Source: an uncultured Spirochaetota bacterium (GTDB lineage: Bacteria > Spirochaetota > Brevinematia > Brevinematales > JAOACQ01). From it: 64,000 nucleotides of DNA. Below, one piece after another: positions 9,067 through 23,095 of the stretch (positions are counted from its first letter, which is position 1; each line of letters starts with the position of its first letter). The notes beneath the pieces were generated by a model. That model made no database searches. It worked only from the letters and a program-made list of their open reading frames with translations, and had not been told where the DNA came from. The DNA lies in the NCBI GenBank assembly GCA_963768055.1, contig CAVYGN010000001.1:992001-1056000 (forward strand), read 5' to 3'. A program made the position numbers and the translations under genes.

Positions 9067-10968
9067 TTACAATTCTTTCTTTTTGGTTTCGGGTGAATAA
9101 AAAAGTAAATACAACTTTTCTTTTTCATCCATAAACACATCAAATAATTCCGGATCAAAAGCCATGGCCCGTTCCTTAAACATTAAGTGAATTGCAGCCT
9201 TTATACTCATAGCCTTGCGATAAGGGCGGTCTGTTATGACCGAGTCCCAGAAATCAGCAATGGAAACTATCCTGGCCGCAAGTGGAATTTCTTTCCCTTT
9301 CAATTTTCTGGGATAACCGCTTCCATCCCACCGTTCCTGATGACAGTAAACGATTTCACGGATAAGGTCAATATTGGCAATTTTTTCGAGGATCCTTTTC
9401 CCTTCTATTGTATGTTCTTCTATATGTCTGCGTTCATCTGGCTTTAAAGGGCCTTTTTTATTTAAAACAGAATCCCTGGTCCCGATCTTGCCGATGTCAT
9501 GTACCAGTGCGCCCAGGTAAATATTCCTGAGATCATCCCCCTGAATACCAATCTTTTGGGCCAGAATCCTTGCGTAAGAACCGACCCGCTCCACGTGGCC
9601 GCCTGTATATTTATCTTTTGATTCGATTGCGGAAGCCATGGCAAGCAGAAAACTTTCCATCTGTAATTCAATCTGTTTCTTTGAATCTTCAACTTCTTTG
9701 AAAATACGGGAATTGCATATTGCCATAGTAAAAAGATTGCCAAGAGTCCTGAATACCTCCAGTATTTTCTCACTGTACATTCTTCCATCATTCCTCTTGC
9801 CGATAGCGAGGGCTCCGATAACATCATTGCGCCTGATCAGCGGTACTACTATGTCGGCCCGGGAAAGATTTTCAGGGACCCAACCGTTTACCCTCCTGTA
9901 TACTTCAATATCAATAATGAAATCAGAACGGATGGCCTGAATAGAAAGCGGTTCAAATGATAGAATGCCGGCATCAATAAATTCCGTCGAAGAACTGTTA
10001 AAATAAGTTTTTGATAAATCATTGAGTTGATCGCATAGAACCGATTCATCAAGTACTGACATAACTTCTTCACTGAACTCCCTGAGAATGCTTTGATAAT
10101 CAATGGGTCTTCCCAGTATGATCCTCTTAGCCCAGTCAGGAAAAAATGTTCCATAGATAAATAGTAGAATAATCATGAAAAGTGCGGCGCCGATATGTGC
10201 GTTTGCTTCTGAAATATAAAGCCAATGCCGGGATGTTTCCAGGAATAATGTGTAGCCTCCGACCATAAGAAGAAAAGTTAAAAAATAGCCGGAAAGATTC
10301 CCCACCAGGGAATTAAATTCCACCAGGCGGTAACGTAGGCTGGCATATCCAAAAATCCCGGCAAACAACGGGATGCAGAGAGCGCTGATAGGTCCATTAA
10401 AAAGATTGATCCCGAAATGGTAAAGATAATCCAACATGCTTAGAAAAAGAAAAAAATAGGCGATCATGATATATTTTGACCGGTTTTTATCAAGAGAATG
10501 AGCTTGATTATAATTTCTTATCAGCAGAATTATTGCATAAGCACCGAATATAGCAACCAAAAGGGGATTTATCATGAATTTCCAATTTCCACTGGCAAAA
10601 TACCCCCATGGGTAATGATACAATTGATTATTGATATACAAATCGGTAAACCAGAGAGTTGCTATATTTAATATGGATGCCGCAGAAAATAGGATAAGCA
10701 CAAGCCGTTGGGTTTTAAATCCGCAGATAATCCGGGCGGAAATCAACCCGGCTCCTGCGAGCAGTAAAGCCATTGTTAAATTGACCTTTGCGGCGAATAT
10801 TGTCCATTCCTGGAATTTGATTTCAACCCATAATCCTGCCGCTAATGCTGAGCTGAAAATGCAGGTCAGCAAAAACCATGGTTTTACCTTTTTGTCCTGG
10901 CTGAAACGGGTAATAAAGAACCCGACAAACAGGCTGATTACAGCCGAAACTAACAATTGCATTTTCAT
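9067..10968 (-). CDS. Membrane sensor (7TM) - GAF-like - HD-GYP phosphodiesterase
   Basis: N-terminal multi-TM region, GAF-like VVPLIRRNDVIGALAIG, then KDKYTGGHVERV, VHDIGK, HQERWDGSGYP. Confidence 0.9.
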   Translation of the reverse strand: MKMQLLVSAVISLFVGFFITRFSQDKKVKPWFLLTCIFSSALAAGLWVEIKFQEWTIFAAKVNLTMALLLAGAGLISARIICGFKTQRLVLILFSAASILNIATLWFTDLYINNQLYHYPWGYFASGNWKFMINPLLVAIFGAYAIILLIRNYNQAHSLDKNRSKYIMIAYFFLFLSMLDYLYHFGINLFNGPISALCIPLFAGIFGYASLRYRLVEFNSLVGNLSGYFLTFLLMVGGYTLFLETSRHWLYISEANAHIGAALFMIILLFIYGTFFPDWAKRIILGRPIDYQSILREFSEEVMSVLDESVLCDQLNDLSKTYFNSSSTEFIDAGILSFEPLSIQAIRSDFIIDIEVYRRVNGWVPENLSRADIVVPLIRRNDVIGALAIGKRNDGRMYSEKILEVFRTLGNLFTMAICNSRIFKEVEDSKKQIELQMESFLLAMASAIESKDKYTGGHVERVGSYARILAQKIGIQGDDLRNIYLGALVHDIGKIGTRDSVLNKKGPLKPDERRHIEEHTIEGKRILEKIANIDLIREIVYCHQERWDGSGYPRKLKGKEIPLAARIVSIADFWDSVITDRPYRKAMSIKAAIHLMFKERAMAFDPELFDVFMDEKEKLYLLFYSPETKKKEL

Positions 10969-11029
10969 TCTCCGGATAAATAAGTTTATTCAGGCTTTGA
11001 AGTTCTGTCAAAGTAATTGAATTTATTAA

Positions 11030-11157
11030 GGGCGGTTCCAAAAACTCAACTCTTCAAAAATTTAATAAAATTGAAGCTAATAATTCCGCCCTATGGGCCC
11101 TGCCTTGCTGCCCCAGAGGGCTTGTCCCCGTAAGGGGGGCAGTTTTTAGAAGGGCCC
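11030..11157 (+). mobile_element. MITE-like non-autonomous element, copy B
   Basis: 17-bp terminal inverted repeats gggcggttccaaaaact / gggcccttctaaaaact (14 of 17 match). Flanked by TAA and TAT. Non-coding. Confidence 0.75.
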
Positions 11158-11272
11158 TATTGTAATTCCAGAATCAACAACTACCGTAAAAAAATTTCTG
11201 CGTTGACAATTCGAGATATTGTAAAAACAATCTAAAATGTTATATAATTTAACCCGGGTAAGGCAGGATTAT

Positions 11273-16699
<5,427 letters not shown>

Positions 16700-16849
16700 A
16701 ATTATAATTTAGAAGAAACGAAAAGTCACTACCTCCCAATTTTCCCTTTAATGAAAAAAATGTTATAATTTATCTGAGTTGAAATATTTATATAAGTTTC
16801 CGGTACACTTTCCGTAACTTCTATATAAAATCATTTCATTAACTCATTC

Positions 16850-16880
16850 TATGTAATATAATTAAAGTAAATATTACATA
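16850..16880. promoter_or_regulatory. Palindromic operator-like site
   Basis: TATGTAATAT-N11-ATATTACATA, a perfect inverted repeat 29 nt upstream of ATG 16910. Confidence 0.6.
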
Positions 16881-16909
16881 TAATTCAAAGTTAAACGGAG
16901 TTATTTAAT

Positions 16910-18208
16910 ATGTGTTATGCAATACCCGGAAAGGTGAAATCCGTCAAGGACAAATGGGCTTATGTGGATTATTTCGGCGAGGAAAAAAGGGCTTACAATG
17001 AATTCCATGATCTTGTTCCCGGCGATTATATCTATGCCCAGGCGGGTATTGTAATAGAAAAAATCGCTTCTAAGGAAGCGAGGGCAATATTAAAGACCTG
17101 GAAAGAACTGTTCTTCTCTTTGAGAAAAAAGGATGAAGAATTGCTGAAAGACAGTATCCAGGCGGTTTCAGTGAGGACATCCGTAAGAAAACTGCTTGAT
17201 GAGGCCCTGGAAGGCCGGAAACTAACCTCAGACGAACTTTTTTCACTGATAAAAGCCGGTGATGCCGGCGATCTGGCGGACATGTACAGTACGGCAAATC
17301 TCATGAGGGCGAAATTTCATAAAAATTCCTGCTGCGTCCATGGGATAATAGAAATATCGAACTATTGCGCCAGGAACTGCGCATATTGCGGCATATCGTC
17401 TGAAGTCAGGAACATTACCCGCTACAGGATGTCGGAACAGGAAATAATAGAGACGGCGCACACAGCGGTAAATAAATACGGTTTTAAAGCCCTTGTACTT
17501 CAAAGCGGAGAAGATTGTTCCTATTCGGTCGATGAACTGGCTGATATTATACGCATTATCAAGAAAAACGATAACGTTCTGGTTTTTATCAGTTTCGGAG
17601 AAATCGGCTCCATAGGGCTTTCGACGCTTTATAAAGCCGGAGCGAGGGGACTTCTCCTGAGGTTTGAAACGTCGAACCCTGAACTTTATTCCAGGCTTCA
17701 CCCGGGGCACTTGCTGGAAGACCGCCTGAACGACCTCAGGAACGCTTATGATATGGGTTATCTTATAATCACGGGTTCACTGATAGGCCTGCCGGGCCAG
17801 ACTGATATGGACCGCTTGAACGATATCCTTCTTGCCAGGGAACTTCACACTGAAATGTACAGTTTCGGCCCGTTCCTTCCCGCTCCAGGTACGATCCTTG
17901 AAAGGAGCAGAAAACCGGATACGGATATGGTTTTAAAAACAATAGCCGTAACCCGGATCGCGGATGCAGAGAACGCTAAAATACTTGTAACGACGGGTTT
18001 CGAAACGCTCTCGAAAGATGCGAGGCGCCGAGGCCTTATGTCCGGCGCGAATTCGGTTATGATCAACCTGACGCCCGCACTCTATAAAAAAGATTATGCA
18101 ATCTATCCTAACCGGGCTCACAGGGATGAGGATCTTGGACGTCAGATCGAAGACACGCTTTTCCTTCTCAAAAATTTAGGAAGGGCCCCGACTGATCTGG
18201 GGTATTAA
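16910..18208 (+). CDS. HypC/HupF-domain fused to a HydE-like (BioB/HydE/PylB family) radical SAM enzyme
   Basis: N-terminus MCYAIPGKV...VDYFG...PGDYIYAQAG is HypC-like. Then GIIEISNYCARNCAYC (CxxxCxxC), VLQSGED, LLLRFETSNPELY..LHP, GLPGQT, GPFLP..GT, GANSVMINLTP and a YxxY motif. Confidence 0.85.
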   Translation: MCYAIPGKVKSVKDKWAYVDYFGEEKRAYNEFHDLVPGDYIYAQAGIVIEKIASKEARAILKTWKELFFSLRKKDEELLKDSIQAVSVRTSVRKLLDEALEGRKLTSDELFSLIKAGDAGDLADMYSTANLMRAKFHKNSCCVHGIIEISNYCARNCAYCGISSEVRNITRYRMSEQEIIETAHTAVNKYGFKALVLQSGEDCSYSVDELADIIRIIKKNDNVLVFISFGEIGSIGLSTLYKAGARGLLLRFETSNPELYSRLHPGHLLEDRLNDLRNAYDMGYLIITGSLIGLPGQTDMDRLNDILLARELHTEMYSFGPFLPAPGTILERSRKPDTDMVLKTIAVTRIADAENAKILVTTGFETLSKDARRRGLMSGANSVMINLTPALYKKDYAIYPNRAHRDEDLGRQIEDTLFLLKNLGRAPTDLGY

Positions 18209-18209
18209 C

Positions 18210-19142
18210 ATGAATCCGCCGATAATCTGTGTAAAAAATGTCAGCAAGAGCTATGGAGAGATCAGGGCTGTAAAAGATTTTTCATTCGATGTCGAAGAAG
18301 CCACATGTTTCGGCTTTTTAGGCCCTAACGGGGCCGGAAAAACAACAATGATGAAAATGATTTACGGTAAGGCTGAAAGAGACAAAAAGTCAAAAAGCGA
18401 AATAAGGGTTATGGGATTCGATCCCGCTAAAAAACCGCTTGAGATCAAGTCCATTTCCGGAGTCGTACCCCAGGAAGATAATCTTGACGAGGAATTGAGC
18501 GTATTCCAGAACCTTTATATCTATACGCGCTTTTACGCCATTCCCGCCGCTGAGTCAAGGAAAAGGATCGATTCTCTTCTGGATTTTATGGAACTTACAG
18601 ATAAAAAGAAGGCGATGATCCGTGAACTTTCCGGCGGGATGAAAAGACGCCTGATCATTGCCAGGGCTCTTCTGAATAATCCGAGGCTTCTTATTCTCGA
18701 CGAACCGACCACAGGCCTGGATCCGCAGGTAAGGCACCTTATCTGGGACAAGATAAGGAAATTAAAAAAAGAGGGAGTAACGATCCTGCTTACCACCCAT
18801 TATATGGAAGAAGCCTTTGAGATCTGCGACAATATAATAATCATGGATAAAGGGGTAAAAGTTCTCGAGGGAAATCCTCACAAGCTCATTTCAACCAACC
18901 TGGAAAAATACGCCCTTCAGATCATTAATAAAGAAAACGCTTCATGCATCGAGAAAAACCTGGATTTCAAGCTTATCAGGAAAGAGGAATCGGAGGAAAT
19001 AGTGGCGTATTATTCCAACGACCTGAAGTATCTTGAAGATATAGCCCTCTGCATGAAAACAGGAGATTTCTATATCCGGCAGTCCAACCTTGAAGACCTG
19101 TTCCTGAAAACAACGGGGAGGAGCCTCAATGAAGACCAATAA
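18210..19142 (+). CDS. ABC-2 exporter ATP-binding protein (NodI-like)
   Basis: GPNGAGKTT, GVVPQEDNLD, LSGGMKRRL, LILDEPTTGLDPQ, LTTHYMEEA. Confidence 0.92.
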   Translation: MNPPIICVKNVSKSYGEIRAVKDFSFDVEEATCFGFLGPNGAGKTTMMKMIYGKAERDKKSKSEIRVMGFDPAKKPLEIKSISGVVPQEDNLDEELSVFQNLYIYTRFYAIPAAESRKRIDSLLDFMELTDKKKAMIRELSGGMKRRLIIARALLNNPRLLILDEPTTGLDPQVRHLIWDKIRKLKKEGVTILLTTHYMEEAFEICDNIIIMDKGVKVLEGNPHKLISTNLEKYALQIINKENASCIEKNLDFKLIRKEESEEIVAYYSNDLKYLEDIALCMKTGDFYIRQSNLEDLFLKTTGRSLNEDQ

Positions 19143-19914
19143 ACCCTGTGTTCCCTCTCTTTTCTGGAGGATATGGAGCGTGTGGTACCGTCACATGCGT
19201 GTTTACTCAAGGAATATATTGACGAACGGGCTGCCTCCTTTCCTGGATCCACTGATATTCCTGGCAGGCATAGGCATTGGACTGGGCATCTTCATAGGAA
19301 AGATGGAAGGCATTTCATATATTGAATTCCTTGCCTCGGGGCTGCTTGTTTCCACTGCGATGTTCACATCGTCTTTCGAGTGCTCCTTCGGCACTTTCAT
19401 CAGGCTTGAGTTCGACAAAGTTTATGACGGTATGATAGCCGCCCCCCTTACTGCTGAAAACATATTTGTCGGCGAGATCCTATGGGCAGGAGCCAAGGGT
19501 TTCTTCTTTTCCATGGCCGTACTGATAATAATAAAGATCTTCGGGTTTATTCCTGGCCCTATGAGCTTTTTCACTCCCTTTGTAGGGATGCTTACAGGGC
19601 TTATGTTTGCTTCTTTAGCCCTGTTGGTCACATCCTTTGTAAAAACTATAGACCAGTTCAATTTCCTCTTTACCGGCTTCCTTTCTCCGATGTTCTTCTT
19701 TTCGGGTATATTCTTTTCGCTCCAGAATATGCCGCCTGCGATACGGGTCCTGGCTGAGTTCCTGCCGCTAACGCACACAGTGCGCCTGGCGAGGGCCCTT
19801 TGCTTCGGAAGATTCGGTAACCTTGTTTTTCTGGATCTTTTGTATACGGCCGTTTTCATATTACTTTTCGCATACCTGGGAGTTTCCAGGCTCAAAAGAA
19901 AGGTCATAGATTGA
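19129..19914 (+). CDS. ABC-2 exporter permease (NodJ-like)
   Basis: VWYRH, SYIEFLASG, GEILWA, PMFFFSGIFF, LPLTHTVRLAR. Confidence 0.9.
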   Translation: MKTNKPCVPSLFWRIWSVWYRHMRVYSRNILTNGLPPFLDPLIFLAGIGIGLGIFIGKMEGISYIEFLASGLLVSTAMFTSSFECSFGTFIRLEFDKVYDGMIAAPLTAENIFVGEILWAGAKGFFFSMAVLIIIKIFGFIPGPMSFFTPFVGMLTGLMFASLALLVTSFVKTIDQFNFLFTGFLSPMFFFSGIFFSLQNMPPAIRVLAEFLPLTHTVRLARALCFGRFGNLVFLDLLYTAVFILLFAYLGVSRLKRKVID

Positions 19915-19933
19915 CCTGAGGCGGAGGCGGAAA

Positions 19934-20782
19934 ATGCACTACTATAAATACCATGGCCTTGGCAACGATTACATTGTCATAGATCCCTCTCAGGTAAAAA
20001 TTCTGCCCGATAAAAATAATATACGCCTTATCTGCAGCCGGAATTACGGGATAGGTTCCGACGGCATCCTTTACGGCCCGTTATTCGAAAACGGTTCGAT
20101 CGTTTTAAAGATATTCAATCCGGACGGGAGCGAGGCTGAAAAGAGCGGCAACGGGGTAAGGATTTTTTCAAGATTTTTATATGAAAAAGGATATGTGGAA
20201 AAGAGGAATTTTTCTTTTTTAACAAAAGGCGGAAAGGTTGAAATCGAGATAATGGATGAAAACGCGCGCATGATCAAGGTTAACATGGGCAAATATACCT
20301 TTCATAGCGAAAAAATACCGGTATCGGGGATGCAACGCGAGGTGATAAACGAAGAGATCGTCCTGGAGGGAAACTCCTACCGGATGACATGCGTTTCCGT
20401 CGGCAATCCTCACTGCGTCATACCCCTGCCTGATATTTCCGAAAACCTAGCCAGGAGGCTCGGGCCGATAGTTGAAAATTATCCGCTTTTCCCTAACAGG
20501 ATCAATATGCAGCTTTTAAATGTCGTCGACAGGAACAATATAAGGATCGAGATATGGGAGAGGGGCGCCGGTTATACCCTGGCGTCGGGCAGCAGCAGCT
20601 GCGCCGCCTCGCTCGCCGCTTTCAGGCTCGGCATGGTCGACAGCCATGTAAATGTCAAAATGCCGGGCGGGATCATCGGGATAGATATAAAAGGGGAATA
20701 CGTCGAAATGACCGGCCCTGTCGAGGGAGTGGCCGAGGGAAATTTTTCGGGGGAATTTCTGGGGAAGATGAAGCTGGGGTAA
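19934..20782 (+). CDS. dapF: Diaminopimelate epimerase-fold protein with Ser at both catalytic Cys positions
   Basis: KYHGLGNDY, GIGSDG, IFNPDGSEAEKSGNG, SVGNPHCV, WERGAGYTLASGSSSCA. Confidence 0.8.
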   Translation: MHYYKYHGLGNDYIVIDPSQVKILPDKNNIRLICSRNYGIGSDGILYGPLFENGSIVLKIFNPDGSEAEKSGNGVRIFSRFLYEKGYVEKRNFSFLTKGGKVEIEIMDENARMIKVNMGKYTFHSEKIPVSGMQREVINEEIVLEGNSYRMTCVSVGNPHCVIPLPDISENLARRLGPIVENYPLFPNRINMQLLNVVDRNNIRIEIWERGAGYTLASGSSSCAASLAAFRLGMVDSHVNVKMPGGIIGIDIKGEYVEMTGPVEGVAEGNFSGEFLGKMKLG

Positions 20783-20861
20783 ACAAGGATTACCGCAAAG
20801 ATCGCAAAGAATTACAGGGAGAAACGGAGAAGCGGAGAGTTTTTTAAAATATACGGCCTTT

Positions 20862-21057
20862 ATTCGATGGAACCGCGTACAAGGTGAAGCATGCGTTTAC
20901 AGTAAAATTAGTAAAATACCCGAAGCGTACGATTACCTGGAGAAAGCAGTTAATGCGGGATACAAGGATTATGAGTGGATTCTTAAAGATCCCGACCTGG
21001 AAAACCCGAGGAATGATAATGGTTGGGAGGCTTTTTTACGACGGCCTGAAAAAGTAG
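20862..21057 (+). pseudogene. Remnant of a TPR protein C-terminal domain
   Basis: The frame from 20889 reads ACVYSKISKIPEAYDYLEKAVNAGYKDYEWILKDPDLENPRNDNGWEAF. There is no in-frame ATG back to the stop at 20769-71. Confidence 0.65.
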
Positions 21058-21082
21058 GACGAAAAGCTCTATTTCTTTCCTG

Positions 21083-21359
21083 CTGGATTCGAAACAATAT
21101 TCAGTTTTTATATGTAGTCAATTTTTATCTCGCATTTATGAAGAAAACATAGAACTGCCATCGAAAAAAGGCGAAGCAAGCGTTTCGTCCAAGACCGCTA
21201 ATAGTATTTAACCGATTCTTATAGATAATAAAAAATTCTTCAATTAAAAAAGTATTCAATCAAACGCTTGCCGCCGTTTTGAGATGATGCAGTTCAAGTT
21301 TTCGAATCCGGAGAGATAAAAATTGACTACATAAAAGCCGGATGTTGTTTGAACGGCCC
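21083..21359. repeat. Long fold-back inverted repeat with a MITE-type terminus (copy D)
   Basis: About 100-bp imperfect arms with a perfect 21-bp core (21111-21131 vs 21313-21333). The right end reads gggccgttcaaacaac on the minus strand and abuts TTA. Confidence 0.8.
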
Positions 21360-22229
21360 TTACTTCCCACTCTGCAGTATATTCTGGATCGTATTGCTGA
21401 TCGATTCGGCGTCTTCGGCAGCGTTCAGGCTGAGCGCGGCATACATGGCCCTTTTGTAATAATAGATCGATTCATCCTTCCTGCCGAGCTTGAAACAATC
21501 GCCGGCTATCTTTTTTAAATCGTCGAGTATGGCCGCGGTTTTTTCCGCGATCTTGTCGTTTTTAAGGGCCGACAGGTAATTTGTAAGCGCGCTGCCGTAA
21601 TTCAGCTTGTCGTCATAGACTTCGCCGAGATAGTAGTAATTATCCCCAAGGGAGTCGTAAACCTTTCCCCCCTCGTTAATCTGCCTCGCTTTTTCAAGCC
21701 ATCCCGCGGCTTCGTCCAATCTTTTGAGTTTTCTATAGGCTATTCCAATGTTATTATATGCGCCGGCCCTGTCCTGGTCGTTTGCCGCCGATCCGTAGGC
21801 CATCTGGTAATATTTGAGCGCGGTTTCATATCCATTCGTGTTTTCATAAGCCTTCTCGTAAAATTTACCGATGGTAAGATAAATTATAAAGTCGTACTCT
21901 TTTGTGTTTTCATAACCCTTGATAGAGTATGCCGTGAATATATAGTTTGAAGCTTCGGTATAATTTGCCTGTCGCAGCGACAGTTCGGAAAGCTTCTGGT
22001 AAATGCTTATCACATAGCCGGTGTTGTCTATGCTGTAACTTTCCGTGAGCGCGTCAAGGTAATATGACCTGGCGGACTTGAAATTTCCGGACCTGTACTC
22101 CTTAAGTCCGAGAGAAACCAGGTCGGAAACTTCTTTTTCAATAGTATTCCTGACTGAAGGGTTTACTGGGGGTGAACCGCATGAAAACAGCATCAATAAA
22201 GGTATAATTATAACAATCGTTTTTTTCAT
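21360..22229 (-). CDS. TPR lipoprotein
   Basis: Lipobox LFSC. AYNNIGIAYRKL, NYYYLGEVY. Confidence 0.85.
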   Translation of the reverse strand: MKKTIVIIIPLLMLFSCGSPPVNPSVRNTIEKEVSDLVSLGLKEYRSGNFKSARSYYLDALTESYSIDNTGYVISIYQKLSELSLRQANYTEASNYIFTAYSIKGYENTKEYDFIIYLTIGKFYEKAYENTNGYETALKYYQMAYGSAANDQDRAGAYNNIGIAYRKLKRLDEAAGWLEKARQINEGGKVYDSLGDNYYYLGEVYDDKLNYGSALTNYLSALKNDKIAEKTAAILDDLKKIAGDCFKLGRKDESIYYYKRAMYAALSLNAAEDAESISNTIQNILQSGK

Positions 22230-23080
22230 TATAATCTTTCCCCCGGTTTGATGTTTTTATCTATGGTTTTTCCCCCGCCCCCGAGGAAGCTCTTGACTGT
22301 AGAAAGGGTTTCTTTTAATTCTACAAGGTTTTCCCTGAGAAGGATCACTATCGCTTTCATGTCTTCCGGCCTTTCTGTAGCCGTTTTAAGGCTTTTAAGC
22401 GTCGAATCGAGTGAACCCATCATATTGTCTATTTTCGCGGACAGGCCTTTCTTGTCCTTGATAATCGAACCTATAGAGGTATCCTCGGAATTTATATTCG
22501 ACAGGATGTCCCTGGCTTCAGCCGTGATCGTCCTTAAATTATTCATCGTTCCGTTTATCACAGGCTCAAGCTTATCGATATTATTCAGTATTTTTTGCGC
22601 CATTGCGTTTATATCGTCCTTTTTAACAGGTGTTTTAAGGGCCAATTCGTCAAGTATTTTGCGCCCCTCTTCCATATCTGAAGAAAGAATTAAAGAACCC
22701 GGCAATAGCTGGACGGTGTTTGAATCGGGGGATGGTATGAGCACAAGAAAGGAGCTTCCAATGATAGAAGATTGGATTTTAAGAACACTGTCCTGCCTGA
22801 TAAGATAGCGGTATTCCTCATTGAACCATACCGTCACTCTTATACGGTCGTCTTCCGTCAGTTTTAAATCCCTTATCTTGCCGATGTTTATGCTTTTATA
22901 CTTAATGGGGCTTCCGCTTGCCATGCCGTATCCGTCGTCGAAATCCGTTATGTAATAATCCTTTATAGTAAACAGGTCGCTGCCCTTTCCTACCAGTAAA
23001 AGCACTGCGACAAACAGAAATATACCGATCAGTATGAAAGCCGATACCGCTTTCTGAGCGCCTTTAAATGTGAAAGGCAT
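22229..23080 (-). CDS. mlaD: MCE/MlaD family protein
   Basis: N-terminal TM, GMASGSPIKYKSINIGKI, IRQDS..KIQSSIIG, coiled-coil tail. Follows mlaE and mlaF. Confidence 0.85.
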   Translation of the reverse strand: MPFTFKGAQKAVSAFILIGIFLFVAVLLLVGKGSDLFTIKDYYITDFDDGYGMASGSPIKYKSINIGKIRDLKLTEDDRIRVTVWFNEEYRYLIRQDSVLKIQSSIIGSSFLVLIPSPDSNTVQLLPGSLILSSDMEEGRKILDELALKTPVKKDDINAMAQKILNNIDKLEPVINGTMNNLRTITAEARDILSNINSEDTSIGSIIKDKKGLSAKIDNMMGSLDSTLKSLKTATERPEDMKAIVILLRENLVELKETLSTVKSFLGGGGKTIDKNIKPGERL

Positions 23081-23095
23081 ATCCCCCTCCTTAAA

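Noticed and set aside
11237..11272. ATG 11237 as start of the giant regulator
   Set aside because: It overlaps a TATAAT-containing promoter-like stretch and has no RBS. ATG 11273 fits the kinase N-terminus better.
16801..16816. Possible sigma-54 promoter cGGTACActttccGTa upstream of the HypC-radical SAM operon
   Set aside because: It reads GG-N10-GT rather than GG-N10-GC and lacks the TTGC element. Too weak to link the upstream activator to the operon.
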